Source: Octopus vulgaris | Taxonomy: Eukaryota | Assembly: GCA_951406725.2 (NCBI GenBank) | Contig: OX597837.1 | Location: 3,658,001 to 3,722,000, forward strand | DNA length: 64,000 nt | Direction: 5' to 3' | Shown here: piece after piece, positions 42,558-56,460 of the stretch | How the letters are laid out: the number at the start of each line of letters is the position of its first letter | How positions within the stretch are numbered: position 1 is the stretch's first letter | Translations under genes and position numbers: made by a program | Notes under the pieces: generated by a model | Databases searched by the model: none | Seen by the model: only the letters and a program-made list of their open reading frames with translations | Told to the model about the DNA's origin: nothing

Positions 42558-42574
42558 TGTATGTATGTGTATAT

Positions 42575-42733
42575 GTTTTTGTGTCTGTGTTTGACCCCCT
42601 CCTAAATTCGCTTGACAACCGATGCTGGTGTGCTTACGTCCCCGTAACTTACTGGGGTCGATTTGCTCGACCAAAGGCGGTGCTCCAGCATGGCCGCAGT
42701 CAAATGACTGAAACAAGTAAAAGAGTTAAAAAG
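42575..42733 (+). mobile_element. SINE family A, 3' half
   Basis: 'gcttgacaaccgatgctggtg..ccagcatggccgcagtcaaatgactgaaacaagtaaaagag'. Confidence 0.85.
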
Positions 42734-43127
42734 TGTATATATACTTACATACACATACACAGAGACACACATATCAATACACACACGCACTCACATAAGC
42801 ACACGCAGACTGTCATGCACACATATAATTATAGTCATACATACGTACATACGGACTTCTTGCGATTACTTACGCATAGATGTATATACACACATACATA
42901 CTCACATGCAAGCACGCGTACAGTTCCTATGCAGCCATGTTTTACGAGCGTACAAAAGTACATTAGCATATATATGTTGGTGAGAAAAACAATAGCGTGT
43001 AATAAAATAAAATTTGATGTGTTTGAACCAACCAAGTCGGATTAAGTTACTGAGTTAAATAAAACCAAGAATAAAGAATGAAGATTATATGTTGACCGAT
43101 AATGACGAAAGAAGAAAAATATATGTC

Positions 43128-43362
<235 letters not shown>

Positions 43363-43537
43363 AATCCAAACGGGAAACAAAAAAACAACAACAATGGAAC
43401 AATTACAGTATTATTATTAATAGGCGCTCAGGAAATGGAAGCAGGGAGGTATTATATATATACATATATGTACATACAGCCACAACTCATATATAAATAC
43501 AAATGTATACGTATATAAGTATGTTCCTATGTATGCA

Positions 43538-43611
<74 letters not shown>

Positions 43612-43700
43612 TACATATGCACATATATGTATATGCATGTATATATATATATATATATACATGCATATACATATATGTGCATATGTATATTTATATATAT

Positions 43701-43744
<44 letters not shown>

Positions 43745-43879
43745 ATGTGTGTGTGTGTGTGTCAACGTACGCATGAACAAGTTGGAATCACACCTATATG
43801 AGCACACGTATGCATCTCTATTTATACCGTCATATCAACCAATATAAGGGCAAAGACGCACAGTCAGATCGAACCACAT

Positions 43880-43925
<46 letters not shown>

Positions 43926-43930
<5 letters not shown>

Positions 43931-43980
43931 GCTGATAAGAACAGATACTACACTTTGATCTTAACCAAAAGGCCGAGAAG

Positions 43981-43984
<4 letters not shown>
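43926..43984 (-). pseudogene. U2: U2 snRNA 5' fragment (~nt 1-59) embedded in (TA)n
   Basis: Minus strand ATTGCTTCTCGGCCTTTTGGTTAAGATCAAAGTGTAGTATCTGTTCTTATCAGCTTAAT, including the GTAGTA branch-point recognition sequence. Confidence 0.92.
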
Positions 43985-44053
<69 letters not shown>

Positions 44054-44669
44054 CACATACACATATGTGTGTGTCTGTGTTCATATGCATGTATAACTGT
44101 ATGAATGTGCGTATAGAAACGTTTGAACTTTTACGATAGGAAGGTGGGAACACTTCATAAAGGAGAAAAATAAAAGAAACGAAAATAGTTAATGAAACTC
44201 TGTAGTTATCATGTCTAATCAAATGAAAATTTATCAAAAAATATCTAGCAGTTTTTTTAATTCCTATCTCAAGTATTTAGATTATGGTCTGCTTTCAGTT
44301 TGACATAAATGATAAGGTAGTCTATATTTAAAACCTTTGCAACGACAGTTTCGCACAGTGTTGCACATTAGTGAATAACATGTCATTCTGAGGAAGCATA
44401 TGTACTTTTGCTAAGTAGTGAAAAAACATATGAAATGGGAAAGGAGTGTATATGTTTGTAGTTTTTTGTCTTAAATACATGTTCAGTCATTCTTTGTAAA
44501 TCCTCGGTAGAGAGTTGTGGTTCAGGTATACTACAAACGTTGGTGAAGTGATATCGTTCAATAGATTAATATATTTATGTAGGTCTAACCAGACTGTTAC
44601 GTATGTTTCAAAGTGCACAGCTCTTTTGCAATATACTACAGTTAAGGAGGATCATATCGGCAGACAAAA

Positions 44670-45092
44670 AATGTAGGTTTTCCCGTACGCGTGAGACTCG
44701 AACCTACATGTGTCTGTTTACGCAACCAAATGTACAACCTCTACATCAACGCACCAACCTGATTCTCTGTCTCAGATTTAAGAACTATAATTAGTTCGTA
44801 GTTCTTTTTTGTAAACAAATTTTTATGTGCTTTCACGGCGTCAGTTTTGTTAAGCAGCGTCGATTTTTACAATTCTCTAAATTATAATTATTGTATTTTA
44901 TAACCTTAAAGCTTATAAGCAATCACCGCGCAATGACAACAGAAAACAGTCTAATAGTGGCGTATATAAGCCCTCGACAGAAGAAGTAGGTTTTTCCTGT
45001 ACGCGTGGGACTCGAACCTACACCTCTTCGTTTACACAGCCAAGTTTGCTACCTTTTCTGGCAGAAAGAAGTAGGTTGGTGCGTTGGTGTAG
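44670..45092 (-). repeat. Two short tRNA-like (A/B-box) repeats
   Basis: Minus strand GGTGCGTTGATGTAGAGG..GTAGGTTCGAGTCTCACGCGTAC at 44670-44759; second copy at ~44985-45053. Confidence 0.45.
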
Positions 45093-45206
45093 CTTGCTTG
45101 CCAACCACATGGTCCCGGGCAAGTGTCTTCTACTATAGCCACGGGCCGACCAAAGCCTTATGAGTGGATTTGGTACACGGAAACTGAAAGAAGCCTGTCG
45201 TATATA

Positions 45207-45243
<37 letters not shown>

Positions 45244-45475
45244 GAATGTGTGTGTATATGTTTGCGTGTCTGTGTTCTTCTCTCCCCTGCCAACATCGCT
45301 TGACAACCGATGCTGCTGTGTTTACGTCCCCCGTAACTTAGCGGTTCGGCAAAAGACACCGATAGAATAAGTAAAGCTTACAAAGAATAAGTCCTGGGGT
45401 CAATTTGCTCGACTAAAGGCGGTGCTCCAGCATGGCCACAGCCAAATGACTGAAACAAATAAAAGAGTAAAAGAA
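45088..45475 (+). mobile_element. SINE family A
   Basis: Matches family A; head partly deleted. Confidence 0.85.
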
Positions 45476-45514
45476 TATGTGTGTGTGTGCGTGTGTGCGT
45501 GTGTGTATACACAC

Positions 45515-45550
<36 letters not shown>

Positions 45551-46234
45551 TTACTCATAGAATAAAACATCATTTATATGTGTGTATGTGTGTGCGTGTA
45601 TGTATATATATAAGCATGTATGAATATATGTATGAAAGTTGTATGTGTAAAATGACTGAAAATGTTATGACGGCTGCCGGCGGGAATAGAAGCACGTGCC
45701 TGTTACGTCGTATACCGCGGACATCTTCACTGAATGCTAAAATTCGTTACTGAATAATGTAAGCTATCAACTTTGCACTTATAAATAATTTACAAGTCAC
45801 AATAACATTATTTTATTTGCATTCATGTTTTCTCCTTAAAAAGCCTTTGGCAACTGGCAAACTACGGAAATACGAAAACACAGAAATATTTATGAGCATT
45901 GTGTGATAAGTTCGAATTTATGCTTCTAAGTAAGGGTTACGTTTATTATAAGATACAGCGTCGGTTGCTAAATTGCCAGTGGTAAAAATATTGCAATAAT
46001 TACCAATCAGGCTTTAACATAAAAAGTAAAGAGACGTGAGTGACTATTACCATAATGAGTTTTGTTTTATTGATACCCTGAAGAGAAACAGTGTTCTTAT
46101 GGTTTAACTCTTTTAATCAATTTTACGACATGAATTATTGGCAAAATTGTTGTAATAAATGCTTTGCGGTTTTTCTTTCGTTTTTTATTTTAACGTTCTA
46201 AAACCATTATTTTATTCTTTATTGAAATTACACA

Positions 46235-46535
46235 TAGGCGCAGGATTGGCTGTGTGGTAAGTAGCTTGCTTACTAATCACATGGTTCCGGGTTCAGTCCC
46301 AGTGCGTGGCACCTTGGGCAAGTGTCTTCTACTGTAGCCTCGGGCCGACCAAAGCCTTGTGAGTGGATTTGGTAGACAGAAACTGAAAGAAGTCTGTCGT
46401 ATATATGTATTCTATCGGTCTCTTTTTGCCGAACCACTAAGTTACGGGGACGTAAACACACTAGCATCGGTTGTCAAGCAATGTTGGGGGGACAAACACA
46501 GACGCACAAACGTATACACACACACACACACACAC

Positions 46536-46584
<49 letters not shown>

Positions 46585-46830
46585 ATATATACGTGTGTGT
46601 GTGTATACGTTTGTGCGTCTGTGTTTGTCCCCCCAACATTGCTTGACAACCGATGCTGGTGTGTTTACGTCCCCATAACTTAGCGGTTCGGCAAAAAGAG
46701 ACCGATAGAATAAGTACTAGGCTTACAAAGAATAAGTCCTGGGGTAGATTTGCTCGACTAAAGGCGGTGCTCCAGCATGGCCACAGTCAAATGACTGAAA
46801 CAAGTAAAAGAGTAAAAGAGAGTAAAGAGT
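46235..46830 (+). mobile_element. SINE family A with internal inverted duplication (46408-46712 palindrome)
   Basis: The 5' half is followed by an antisense copy of the 3' half, then (TA)n, then the sense 3' half. Confidence 0.85.
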
Positions 46831-47555
46831 ATGCGGTCCATACCTTTTTTAACAGGTGACAAACGGTCCTTGCCTTACTTATTCTCGTCTTAATATCTTC
46901 GTCGGTGCCGTCTGAAAACGTTATCTTACTACTTAAATACGTAAACTCGGCTACATCCTCTAGTTCACCGGTTTCTAATTTAATACGTTCGCTATTTTCT
47001 TCAATAACGTGCATAATTTTTGATTTGTCGCGGTTGACTTTCAATCCTAGTTTGGCAGCTATTGCTTCTAATTTTGGCGCGCCGGGCGAAATTCTTGGCG
47101 GTGTTTCGTCTGTCGTTACGTTCTGAATTCAAATTCCGCCGAGGTCGACTTTACCTTCCATCCTTTCTGGGTCGATAAATAAAGTACCAGTTTCGCACTG
47201 GGGTCGATGTAAACGACTTAATCCCTTTGTCTGTCCTTGTTTGTCCCCTCTATCTTTAGCCCCTTGTGGGCAATAAAGAAATATATTGCTTCTAATTTTG
47301 ACATTTTATTTTGCATTTGGCTATATGTTTGTGAAAGCAGCGCCATATCATCTGCAAAGTCGAGATCTTCTAGAGCTTCTGCATCCGTCCATTCAATGCC
47401 TGTTTGGCTTTCACTCGTAGTTTCCTTCATAATCCAATCTATAACTAGTAGAAATAAAAAGGGAGTAAGTATACAGCCCTGTCGATCTCCTGTTTTTACT
47501 TCGGATTTATCCGTAGCTCCGTTTCCATGCAAGACTTGGCATGACATTCCTTGGT
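46831..47555 (-). mobile_element. RTE-clade LINE reverse transcriptase fragment (inverted 5' part)
   Basis: 'VKTGDRQGCILTPFLFLLVIDWIM..LEDLDFADDMALLS' and 'LEDVAEFTYLSSKI..DEDIKTRISKAR'. Confidence 0.9.
47077..47283 (+). mobile_element. SINE family C, 5'-truncated, inserted in the RTE with a 17-bp TSD
   Basis: TSD TATTGCTTCTAATTTTG at 47060-47076 and 47284-47300. Confidence 0.9.
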
Positions 47556-47559
47556 AAGT

Positions 47560-47990
47560 TGCTGTTATTGGTGTTTTTGTATGGGGCTGAGACATGGCGA
47601 ACAACAGTTAAGTCAAATAAGCAAATATAATCATCCATCAACAGATGCTTGTGAAGTATACTTAAAACTAGATGGTCCGAACACATAAGGAATATGGCAA
47701 AGAACAAATCAAGTTTCGCTTAGGGAGCAAATATTTAAGAAAAAGTGGAAGTGGATTGGTAGCACAATTAGAAAAGAAACACCAAATGTAGCGAAAAGTG
47801 CTTTATAGTAGAATCCGGATAGATATAGAAAGAGAGGTAGGCCTAAGAACTCGTAGCCTCAGGGATCAACACAAAAGGAACTAGAGAAAGGGAGACATTC
47901 ATGGCAGAGTATTAGTAAAGAAGCCCCAAATTATGCAACATGGAATTCAACTGTAAGTGGCTTATACTCTACGTTGGAGGATTAAAGGCA
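47560..47990 (+). mobile_element. RTE-clade LINE 3' end
   Basis: Decayed 'LYGAETWRTT..INRCL.SILK.RW..KKWKWIG..RKRGRPK' followed by an A-rich end. Confidence 0.8.
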
Positions 47991-48309
47991 GGAAAAAAAA
48001 GCATTATTTATTTCAATGAATTGCGCCAGCTGGCAGAATCATTGACGCATCGGACAAAACACTTTGCCGTATTTCACCCGGTTCTTTATGCTCTCGATTT
48101 CAAACCCAACCGGGGTCAAATTTGTCTTTCATCTTTTCGAAGCCGATAAAAATATAATATGATACCTGTCTTATATTGGTGTCCACAGTATCGATCAACC
48201 CTACCTCTTTTCACAATTGCCGGTGCTGTGCTAAAGTCAGAAAGCGTTATGTATTGTAGGAACTCTTCAAGAGAGTATGGCTTAAAAATAACATAAAAAA
48301 CAAATACTC

Positions 48310-48511
48310 TTTTCTCTTTTACTTGTTTCAGATATTTGACTGCGGCCATGCTGGAGCACCGCCTTTAATCGAGCAACTCGACCCCGGGACTTATTCTTTT
48401 TGTAAGCCCAGTACTTATTCTATCGGTCTCTTTTGCCGAACCGCTAAGTAACGGGGACATAAACACACCAGCATCGGTTGTCAAGAAATGCTAGGGGGAC
48501 AAACACACACA

Positions 48512-48513
<2 letters not shown>
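48310..48513 (-). mobile_element. SINE family A, 3' half
   Basis: Matches the family A tail and ends in expanded TA/CA. Confidence 0.85.
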
Positions 48514-48561
<48 letters not shown>

Positions 48562-48621
48562 CATATATATATATACACACATATATATATACGTATATAT
48601 ATATACATATATATACATACA

Positions 48622-48653
<32 letters not shown>

Positions 48654-48678
48654 CACATATATATATATATATACACAC

Positions 48679-48731
<53 letters not shown>

Positions 48732-48773
48732 CATATATATATACATATACACATATATATATACATACATATA

Positions 48774-48814
<41 letters not shown>

Positions 48815-49015
48815 GTGAATATAATAAAAAAAGGGTAATAATATGGATTACTACCAGTGGCCCAGCACAAAAGACGAATTAGTCATTAGACAAAATATTA
48901 TTCATATAGAAATATAATTAAGGGCTCCTAAATAAGGATGCCAAGTGATAGGGACACAAAAAAAGGGATAAATTTATCGAGAGTGAAAATCGAAAACATT
49001 TACCATTAACGATAT

Positions 49016-49095
49016 ATCCCGGACTGATCAGTTTCTACCTCTTTCTAGCAAAACAGACAGAATATGTTTGCTAAGGCCGGTTTCATCAGCGAGAT
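49016..49095 (-). ncRNA. Type-I hammerhead ribozyme (canonical core) in element ~48815-49150
   Basis: Minus strand: ATCTCG-CTGATGA-a-ACC..TAGCAAA/TTTGCTA..GGT-a-GAAAC-TGATCA-GTC-CGGGAT; helix III ACTGATCAGT is palindromic. Confidence 0.85.
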
Positions 49096-49168
49096 GCCTT
49101 TGTTAAATCGAGATGCACAGAGCGTTAGACCTTGTGTTGATCTAAACAACTTGTAAATCTTAACTTTT

Positions 49169-49213
<45 letters not shown>

Positions 49214-49587
49214 ATGTATATATGTATGTATTATGTATGTATATATGTATGTTTGTGTCTGTGTGTGCGTGCAGAATTTACTGTTCGCTTATTGCTTGGA
49301 CCAACGAGAAAATGATTCCATCCAATGAGAGGTGTATATCATTTATTGTGCACAATATTTAAAATTTGAACTACTAACCGCTCCACGATTTAGAAACACA
49401 ATAAAATGACGATCTTTTATTGTATACCTTGTGTTTCCAAGTAAACGTTTCACACAGAAATATACAACATGGCTGGTCGTTTTTGAAAAAAAAAGGCCCA
49501 AAAAACTAATTATAGAGAAGTAAGGTATCTTTACTTTCAAGCCACAGTTAGCCAAAGCATTATTGTAGTAGGGGTACCTTGTCGAAT

Positions 49588-49897
49588 GTGGAGGCACATG
49601 GCCTAGTGGTTAGAGCAGTGGACTCGCGGTCGAGGGATCGCAGGTTCGAATCTCAGACCGGGTGATGTGTGTGTTTATAAGCGAAACACCTAAGCTCCAC
49701 GCGGCTCCAGCAGAAGGTAATGGCGAACTTCTGCTGACCCTTTCGCCACAACTTTCTCTCACTCTTTCCTCTTGCATCTAGCAGCTCACCTGCGACAGAC
49801 AGGCGTCCCGTCCAGGTGGGGAACCTATACGCCAAGGAAACCGGGAAACCGGCCCTTATGAGCCAGGCATGGCTCGAGAAGAAAAGAAAAAAAAAGA
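49588..49897 (+). mobile_element. SINE family B variant with 12-bp TSD
   Basis: TSD ACCTTGTCGAAT; tRNA-like head; tail GAAACCGGGAAACCGGCCC..GGCTCG. Confidence 0.9.
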
Positions 49898-50003
49898 ACC
49901 TTGTCGAATACTTCATCAGAAGAGGAAGATGAGGTGGAGAGATTAGAGATCCTATTGCTGATAGACCGAACACAAATTTCGGTCTAGGAAAGTATATAAG
50001 AAA

Positions 50004-50150
50004 TCTATTATATAAAATCCGTTCTGTCTGTGTTTTCTAGGATCTCGGGCATCCTCCATCCGATTGCGCTCAAATTTGATATGTAGATACCGACGGTATC
50101 AGGGCGTGTATAAGTCTTGAAAAAATTACAAAAATCGATTCCAGGTGAGA
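50004..50150 (+). mobile_element. Helitron-like 5' fragment
   Basis: A|TCTATTATATAAAATCCGTTCTGTCTG; homologous to 2054-2218. Confidence 0.55.
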
Positions 50151-50384
50151 ATGTGATCGATAAAACATTCTTTGGAATATAAAAAAAGTGTATCTTTATT
50201 TCTTCTTTTGCTGGTGTCTCAAATTTAGGTTAAATCAGTGTTTCTCAAAGGGGAGGCCCATGGGACGGTCGGACAAGTTGTTTTGGGAAACTTTGGTTTA
50301 AATATTTGACAACTCAGCACTGTCCATTGGACGGGAGCCGTTTTGCTCGTCAGCTTATATACTGAGAGTCTGAAAGAGTGTTTT

Positions 50385-50990
50385 GGAACATAAGGCATGC
50401 TGTACAAGCTCATAAGTTACTGACCAGCTTGTACACTCCAATCTCTTTCAGTCTTTTAGGTAATATTTTGGGAGTTGTGGCAAGGGAGCTAATTAGGAGT
50501 AATTGTCTTAGTCTTGCATGATCCCTTCAGCTCTCTGGTTAGATACTGACATTTCTCAATTTCGTTTTCTCATAAAGAATTGAGAAATCTATGATCTTAC
50601 ACTGTCCGTTTATTTTGTCCTCTGTTTTGTCATCTTGTTTCATTAGTATCGCCAGTCTCACAAGATCCTGAAATTCTCATTTTCTATCACAACCTCTGGT
50701 TCATGTTCATCTGACTTTTCTGTAATTTTGAAACCACAAGCTCATCTAACATCCAAATGCATTCTTTTTCCTGTGCTTATACTCCTTTTGCGCTAGTATA
50801 CTGCACTCACTCATAAAGGTCCAAATTTAACATTTACTATCTCAATGAGTTTTCTTGATTTTTACCTTTATCATATTTGTTCGAATGACTTCTTCCTGAG
50901 CGGATATGATTAACGCTTCGGTCTTCCGTTTCAATTTCCGATCCGTCAGCCAGATCTAGCGACCTTTACTTCCATTTCCGATTTTAGGTA
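50385..50990 (-). mobile_element. Decayed non-LTR retrotransposon C-terminus (restriction-like endonuclease type)
   Basis: Minus-strand remnants 'LKRKTEALIISAQEEVIRTN', 'LAQKEYKHR', 'EHEPEVVIENENFRIL' and 'CKIIDFSI'. Confidence 0.6.
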
Positions 50991-51389
50991 AAACGCCACA
51001 GGAACCTAAACATTACGATTTCAGTATTATATACATTTATGAATACGTAAGTTGTAAACCTATATGAGTGTTAAATATGGTCTTTCTATGGTAACTCTCT
51101 CGATTTTAACATACAGCAATCATAAATGAAGTAATTGGCTAAACGAGTACAATTTCCAAAGCTTATAAATCTATAAATACGTTTATTTTAAACATGTTTT
51201 AAATATTCAAATAAGAAATATAAATTTAAAGTGACCCTTTGCTGATTTTGGTAATGTCTTTAACAATATTAGAATAAATACGATACTTTTATATATAGAA
51301 AAATGTATATATTATGCAAAATCAAGAAAAAATTCCCGAAGAACGACTTAATGACCTCAAAGACCACATGAACCCCTCAAATTCTAGAC

Positions 51390-51737
51390 CAGTGATTCTC
51401 AACCGGGGTCTATATGGCTCCCGAGTCCTATATAAGATTTTTTGGGTTCTTTACAGCAAAACAGAAAATTCGGGATTCGCAATAATATTTTAAGCACCTC
51501 TGAAAATATTTTTCTTTAGATGTATGTATTGGTATATATGCCAAGAAACAGCCCGGTTTCTTCCTCTAAAATTTTACGAAGTTCAACCGACACAAAATGA
51601 TGCATGAAAAACAAAGTGGAGATTTTTAAAAAGATTTCTATAAAACTAGTTTATAGACATCGAATGGCTATTAGGGTCCGCCATAATAAATTAGTAATCA
51701 AAGGGACCCATAGATAAAAAATGGTTGAGTACCCCTA
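51390..51737. mobile_element. hAT (Charlie-like) MITE
   Basis: TIRs CAGTGATTCTCAACC / GGTTGAGTACCCCTA; flanks TTCTAGAC / CTCTAGGG resemble the NTCTAGAN target. Confidence 0.65.
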
Positions 51738-51739
51738 CT

Positions 51740-52085
51740 CTAGGGGTATAAAATAAAATAACTAGGGGTATAAAATAACTTGGGGTATAAAATATCTATA
51801 AAATAACTAGGGGTATAACTATAAAATAACTATGAGTATAAATATAAAATATAAACTAGGGGTATAAATATAAAATAACTAGGGGTATAAATATAAAATA
51901 TAAAATAACTAGGGGTATAAATATAAAATATAAACTAGGAGTATAAATATAAAATATAAAATAACTAGGGGTATAAAATAAAATAACTAGGGGTATAAAT
52001 ATAAAATATAAACTAGGAGTATAAATATAAAATATAAAATAACTAGGGGTATAAAATAATTAGGGGTGTAAAATAAAATAACTCC
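51740..52085. repeat. AT-rich minisatellite (AACTAGGGGTATAAATATAAAAT variants)
   Basis: Direct reading, roughly 15 units. Confidence 0.9.
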
Positions 52086-52653
52086 AGACATACAATGTAG
52101 GTGTATATTGTAGAATAAAACTACTGGGCGCCGTTGTTTTGATGCTGGCGATTAGGCACAGCTGACAACATATTGAGCAAATTTTGGTGACACTGATTTT
52201 GTAACCGGGGACAAACGCGCGCAGAAATATACGCATACAGATAGATACACAGATAGATAGATAGATAATTAAGCACGAACGACATAAACACTTCGTTTCT
52301 TCTCATACACATCAAGATAAACATACTCAAGCATATAAACAAAGAGAGAAGGAGATTCTATGACAGATTAACTGTGACAGTGGAATCGATTTGTTAGAAA
52401 TTGTATTCCATTGATATAAAGAGTAGAATAAGGAAATAATCAAAATGGCGCATAACATGCCTTCAATAAGTTATGAATATCCTCGCATCGATCAATCATG
52501 AATAGACTAACAGAGTTCAACAATGTTGAACGATGTTTTATTTACTTCAATAATAGCAATGGGGATAATTCGAATTCAAAATGTAGAATAGTCCCATTTG
52601 TGAAGTTTATATATGAATATGTATGTACGTATCTCTCTCCCCCCCTCTCTCTC

Positions 52654-52696
<43 letters not shown>

Positions 52697-53242
52697 GCAT
52701 GTGTATCTATACGTATGTATATATATATATATATTTCCTTTCGTAACATATTTCTACTATATATATATATATATATATATATGTATACACACTCACTCAC
52801 ACACATACACACACACAAATATATATATATATATACAAATTGAGATAGGGGTTGTAAATGCAACCCTCCATGGGATAATATATATCCAATATACTGCTAG
52901 TGGAGTACCCAACAAAGTTAATACATAAATGTTAATGATTGCGATGCAATCAATTCATTTACTGTATTATATGGGCAAAGGTAAAATGATTTACCACAAA
53001 TTACTAATACAAGATAAGAAAATGGAGAAATACATCTAAATCAAATATCAATTACCAGATAATACTCAATCACATACTTTATTAAACCACCACATAAGAG
53101 ACTGTAGGGTTAGATATAAAAAGCAGAACAAATCAGTGTACATAAAGGAATGTACATAAAAAAGTAATGTTGTATAATAAGTAGAATATATATAAAAGAG
53201 AATATAAATATAAGAAAATATAAAAATATAAGTATAGATTAT

Positions 53243-53369
53243 ATCTTACAGCTGTTTCGGCCATGCAGATAAGTATGTCTCATTTTACCAATATTAGCCC
53301 TTTATGGTAGGTCAATATATAGATATAAATGAGACATTTACAAAAATATCACAAGGCCTCTTCGGAGAT
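53243..53369 (-). ncRNA. Type-I hammerhead, U4C variant, long stem II
   Basis: Minus strand: ATCT-CCGAAGA-GGCC..ATGTCTCATTT/AAATGAGACAT..GGCC-GAAAC-AGCT-GTA-AGAT. Confidence 0.7.
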
Positions 53370-53818
53370 TATGTAATATAAAACAATATACATATATACC
53401 CACATGGGTGTGGGTGCATACCCATAATAAAACATATACATATACATATGAGTGCATATACTCACACTCCTATACATATAAAAATATACATATACATAAT
53501 GATATAAGTAAATAATATAAATTAGTAAATATATATATGTGTTCAACATCCAATGTCTCAGTTTTTCGATTTAATATTGTGATAATAAACATACACAAAT
53601 TAATACCTAGATGCAAATATACATAGTCAATAATACATTATATTGCTTCATACTAATTTCTAAAGTGTCATTAAAGTTAGCATGGTATTGACATCGATAA
53701 TGATGCATATATATGCACATACACACATATGCATGTATACCGCGGCTCTCAGCAAAATATATCTCAGATATAACAATTATATATATATATATATATATAT
53801 ATGCATAAACACACATGC

Positions 53819-53934
<116 letters not shown>

Positions 53935-54369
53935 GTAGAAGGTTGAAAAAGAGTATAGGAGTTGATATGTATAGAGAAAATAAGACACGGTAGAAAATGC
54001 TAAAATAATTTTATCATGAAGAACATTTTATACCCGGAACCATGTAGTTGAGAAGCAAGCTTCTTACCACACAGCCACTCCTGCGCCTATTTTATGTATA
54101 TATATATAGTTCTTAGACATCGAATGGCTATATCTATATATACGTATGTATATTACTATCTATGCGTCCATGTGTGTATTCCAAGGAGTCGCGTCGCTTT
54201 TTTTTTGCTAGCGGTAAGATGTCTCACTCGCTGTATATGTGTCGTCACGTTTTGCCTATTTACATATCTGCATTTATTTACCTATCTATCTTCTGTCCAT
54301 TAGGATTTTTCTTATGTGTTTTTGCTGGCGTTCCACAAATACACATACAAATGTAAAGAAATACGTATA

Positions 54370-54432
<63 letters not shown>

Positions 54433-54473
54433 ATATATATACATTAATATGTATATATGTATGTATATGATGC

Positions 54474-54516
<43 letters not shown>

Positions 54517-54628
54517 GTTTATATATATGTGTGTGTGTATATATATACATAATACTTACATATATATATATATATATAATAAATGTTTATATATATATAT
54601 ATATATACCTTAATATGTATATATATGG

Positions 54629-54682
<54 letters not shown>

Positions 54683-54687
54683 CATAA

Positions 54688-54736
<49 letters not shown>

Positions 54737-54969
54737 ATTTCAGCTACTTTAGTTAAGGCTGGGCCGCCATCATTTGTTATCTTACCTTGTTTAGAAATGG
54801 TTCCACTACATTAAATATAATTAGTGATCATTAGAGAGACAAATTATAAACACCAAAAAATATATAACTAATACAGAGCAGCACGGTGACGGAATCTGAT
54901 AATCATATATTTTTCAGTCACTGCAGTAGACATCTTGTAACAAAAAAAAGTTAAAACAAAATGATAAAA

Positions 54970-55003
<34 letters not shown>

Positions 55004-55021
55004 CATTGATACATACATACA

Positions 55022-55055
<34 letters not shown>

Positions 55056-55315
55056 CATTGATACATACATAATACATACATACATACATACATACATGCA
55101 TACATGATACGTACGTAGGTACATACATATATGTATGTGCGCGCGCATGTGTGTGTGTACTTGTGTATTGTCATATATTTGATATTCGCATTATCTATTT
55201 ATATTACCTGCAGTCAAATGACTGAAACAAGTAAAAGAATAATAGAATAAAAAATATACGCATTATATACATATATATATATATATATATATAGGTATAC
55301 ACACACACATACGCA

Positions 55316-55347
<32 letters not shown>

Positions 55348-55385
55348 CATAGATATATATTTATATATATGTATATATCTATATG

Positions 55386-55417
<32 letters not shown>

Positions 55418-55459
55418 GATATATATGTATATATATATATACATATAGATATATATATC

Positions 55460-55491
<32 letters not shown>

Positions 55492-55499
55492 TTTATATA

Positions 55500-55568
<69 letters not shown>

Positions 55569-56205
55569 TTGATACACGTATTACACATACAACACACACA
55601 CTCACACACACTCACACACACACAGCAAACACATGCACACATATAAATAGATAAATAGTCAGACAAATTATATACATGAAGATTCGTATTAAGAAATATC
55701 TTAATAGTATAAAAAGTATGATGAAATTTGGCATCTATCCTTTAATCAAAAAAATATATATATAAAATACTGACAGCTTTCACTTGCACAATCCAGCAGT
55801 CACTGTATAATTTGTGCTTGATTCTGTTCAGACATAATTTTCTTATCAAGTATCACATCTCCAAACACCGGAGAGAAAACGTGAATATTAAAAAAAAAAA
55901 ATGAAGGAAAATCAAAACAGAGACGTGAAATGGAAGGAAGGGACAGTGTAGAAAAAAACCCCAAAAAACACGCGTAGCTAATAAAGTTTCTTGTTTGAAT
56001 TTCATACAAATTTCGTGGTTTTTAGTAAAGAAGTGTGGTTGAGACTATATCTAAAATGGTTGTTTTCGTAAATCTGTGGTTTTGGGTTCGATACGATTAC
56101 GGTACCGATAATGTGCAAGTGATAACTTTTCTTATATACTGGCTGATAGATTAATTGAGAATGATGTTTCGTTGATCGATACTATGCTGAGCTCCGTTAT
56201 ATGCA

Positions 56206-56366
<161 letters not shown>

Positions 56367-56381
56367 GTCTATCTATCTATG

Positions 56382-56415
<34 letters not shown>

Positions 56416-56460
56416 TAGAAAATTTTCTCCTTGTTTATACTCGTTGTACGGCACCTTTCA

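Noticed and set aside
44385-44450. CTGAGGA..ATATGT/ACATAT-GAAA
   Set aside because: No helix III or stem I; likely chance.
54780-54812. Possible minus-strand micro-exon (AAG|GTAAGA)
   Set aside because: Weak acceptor and no supporting neighbours.
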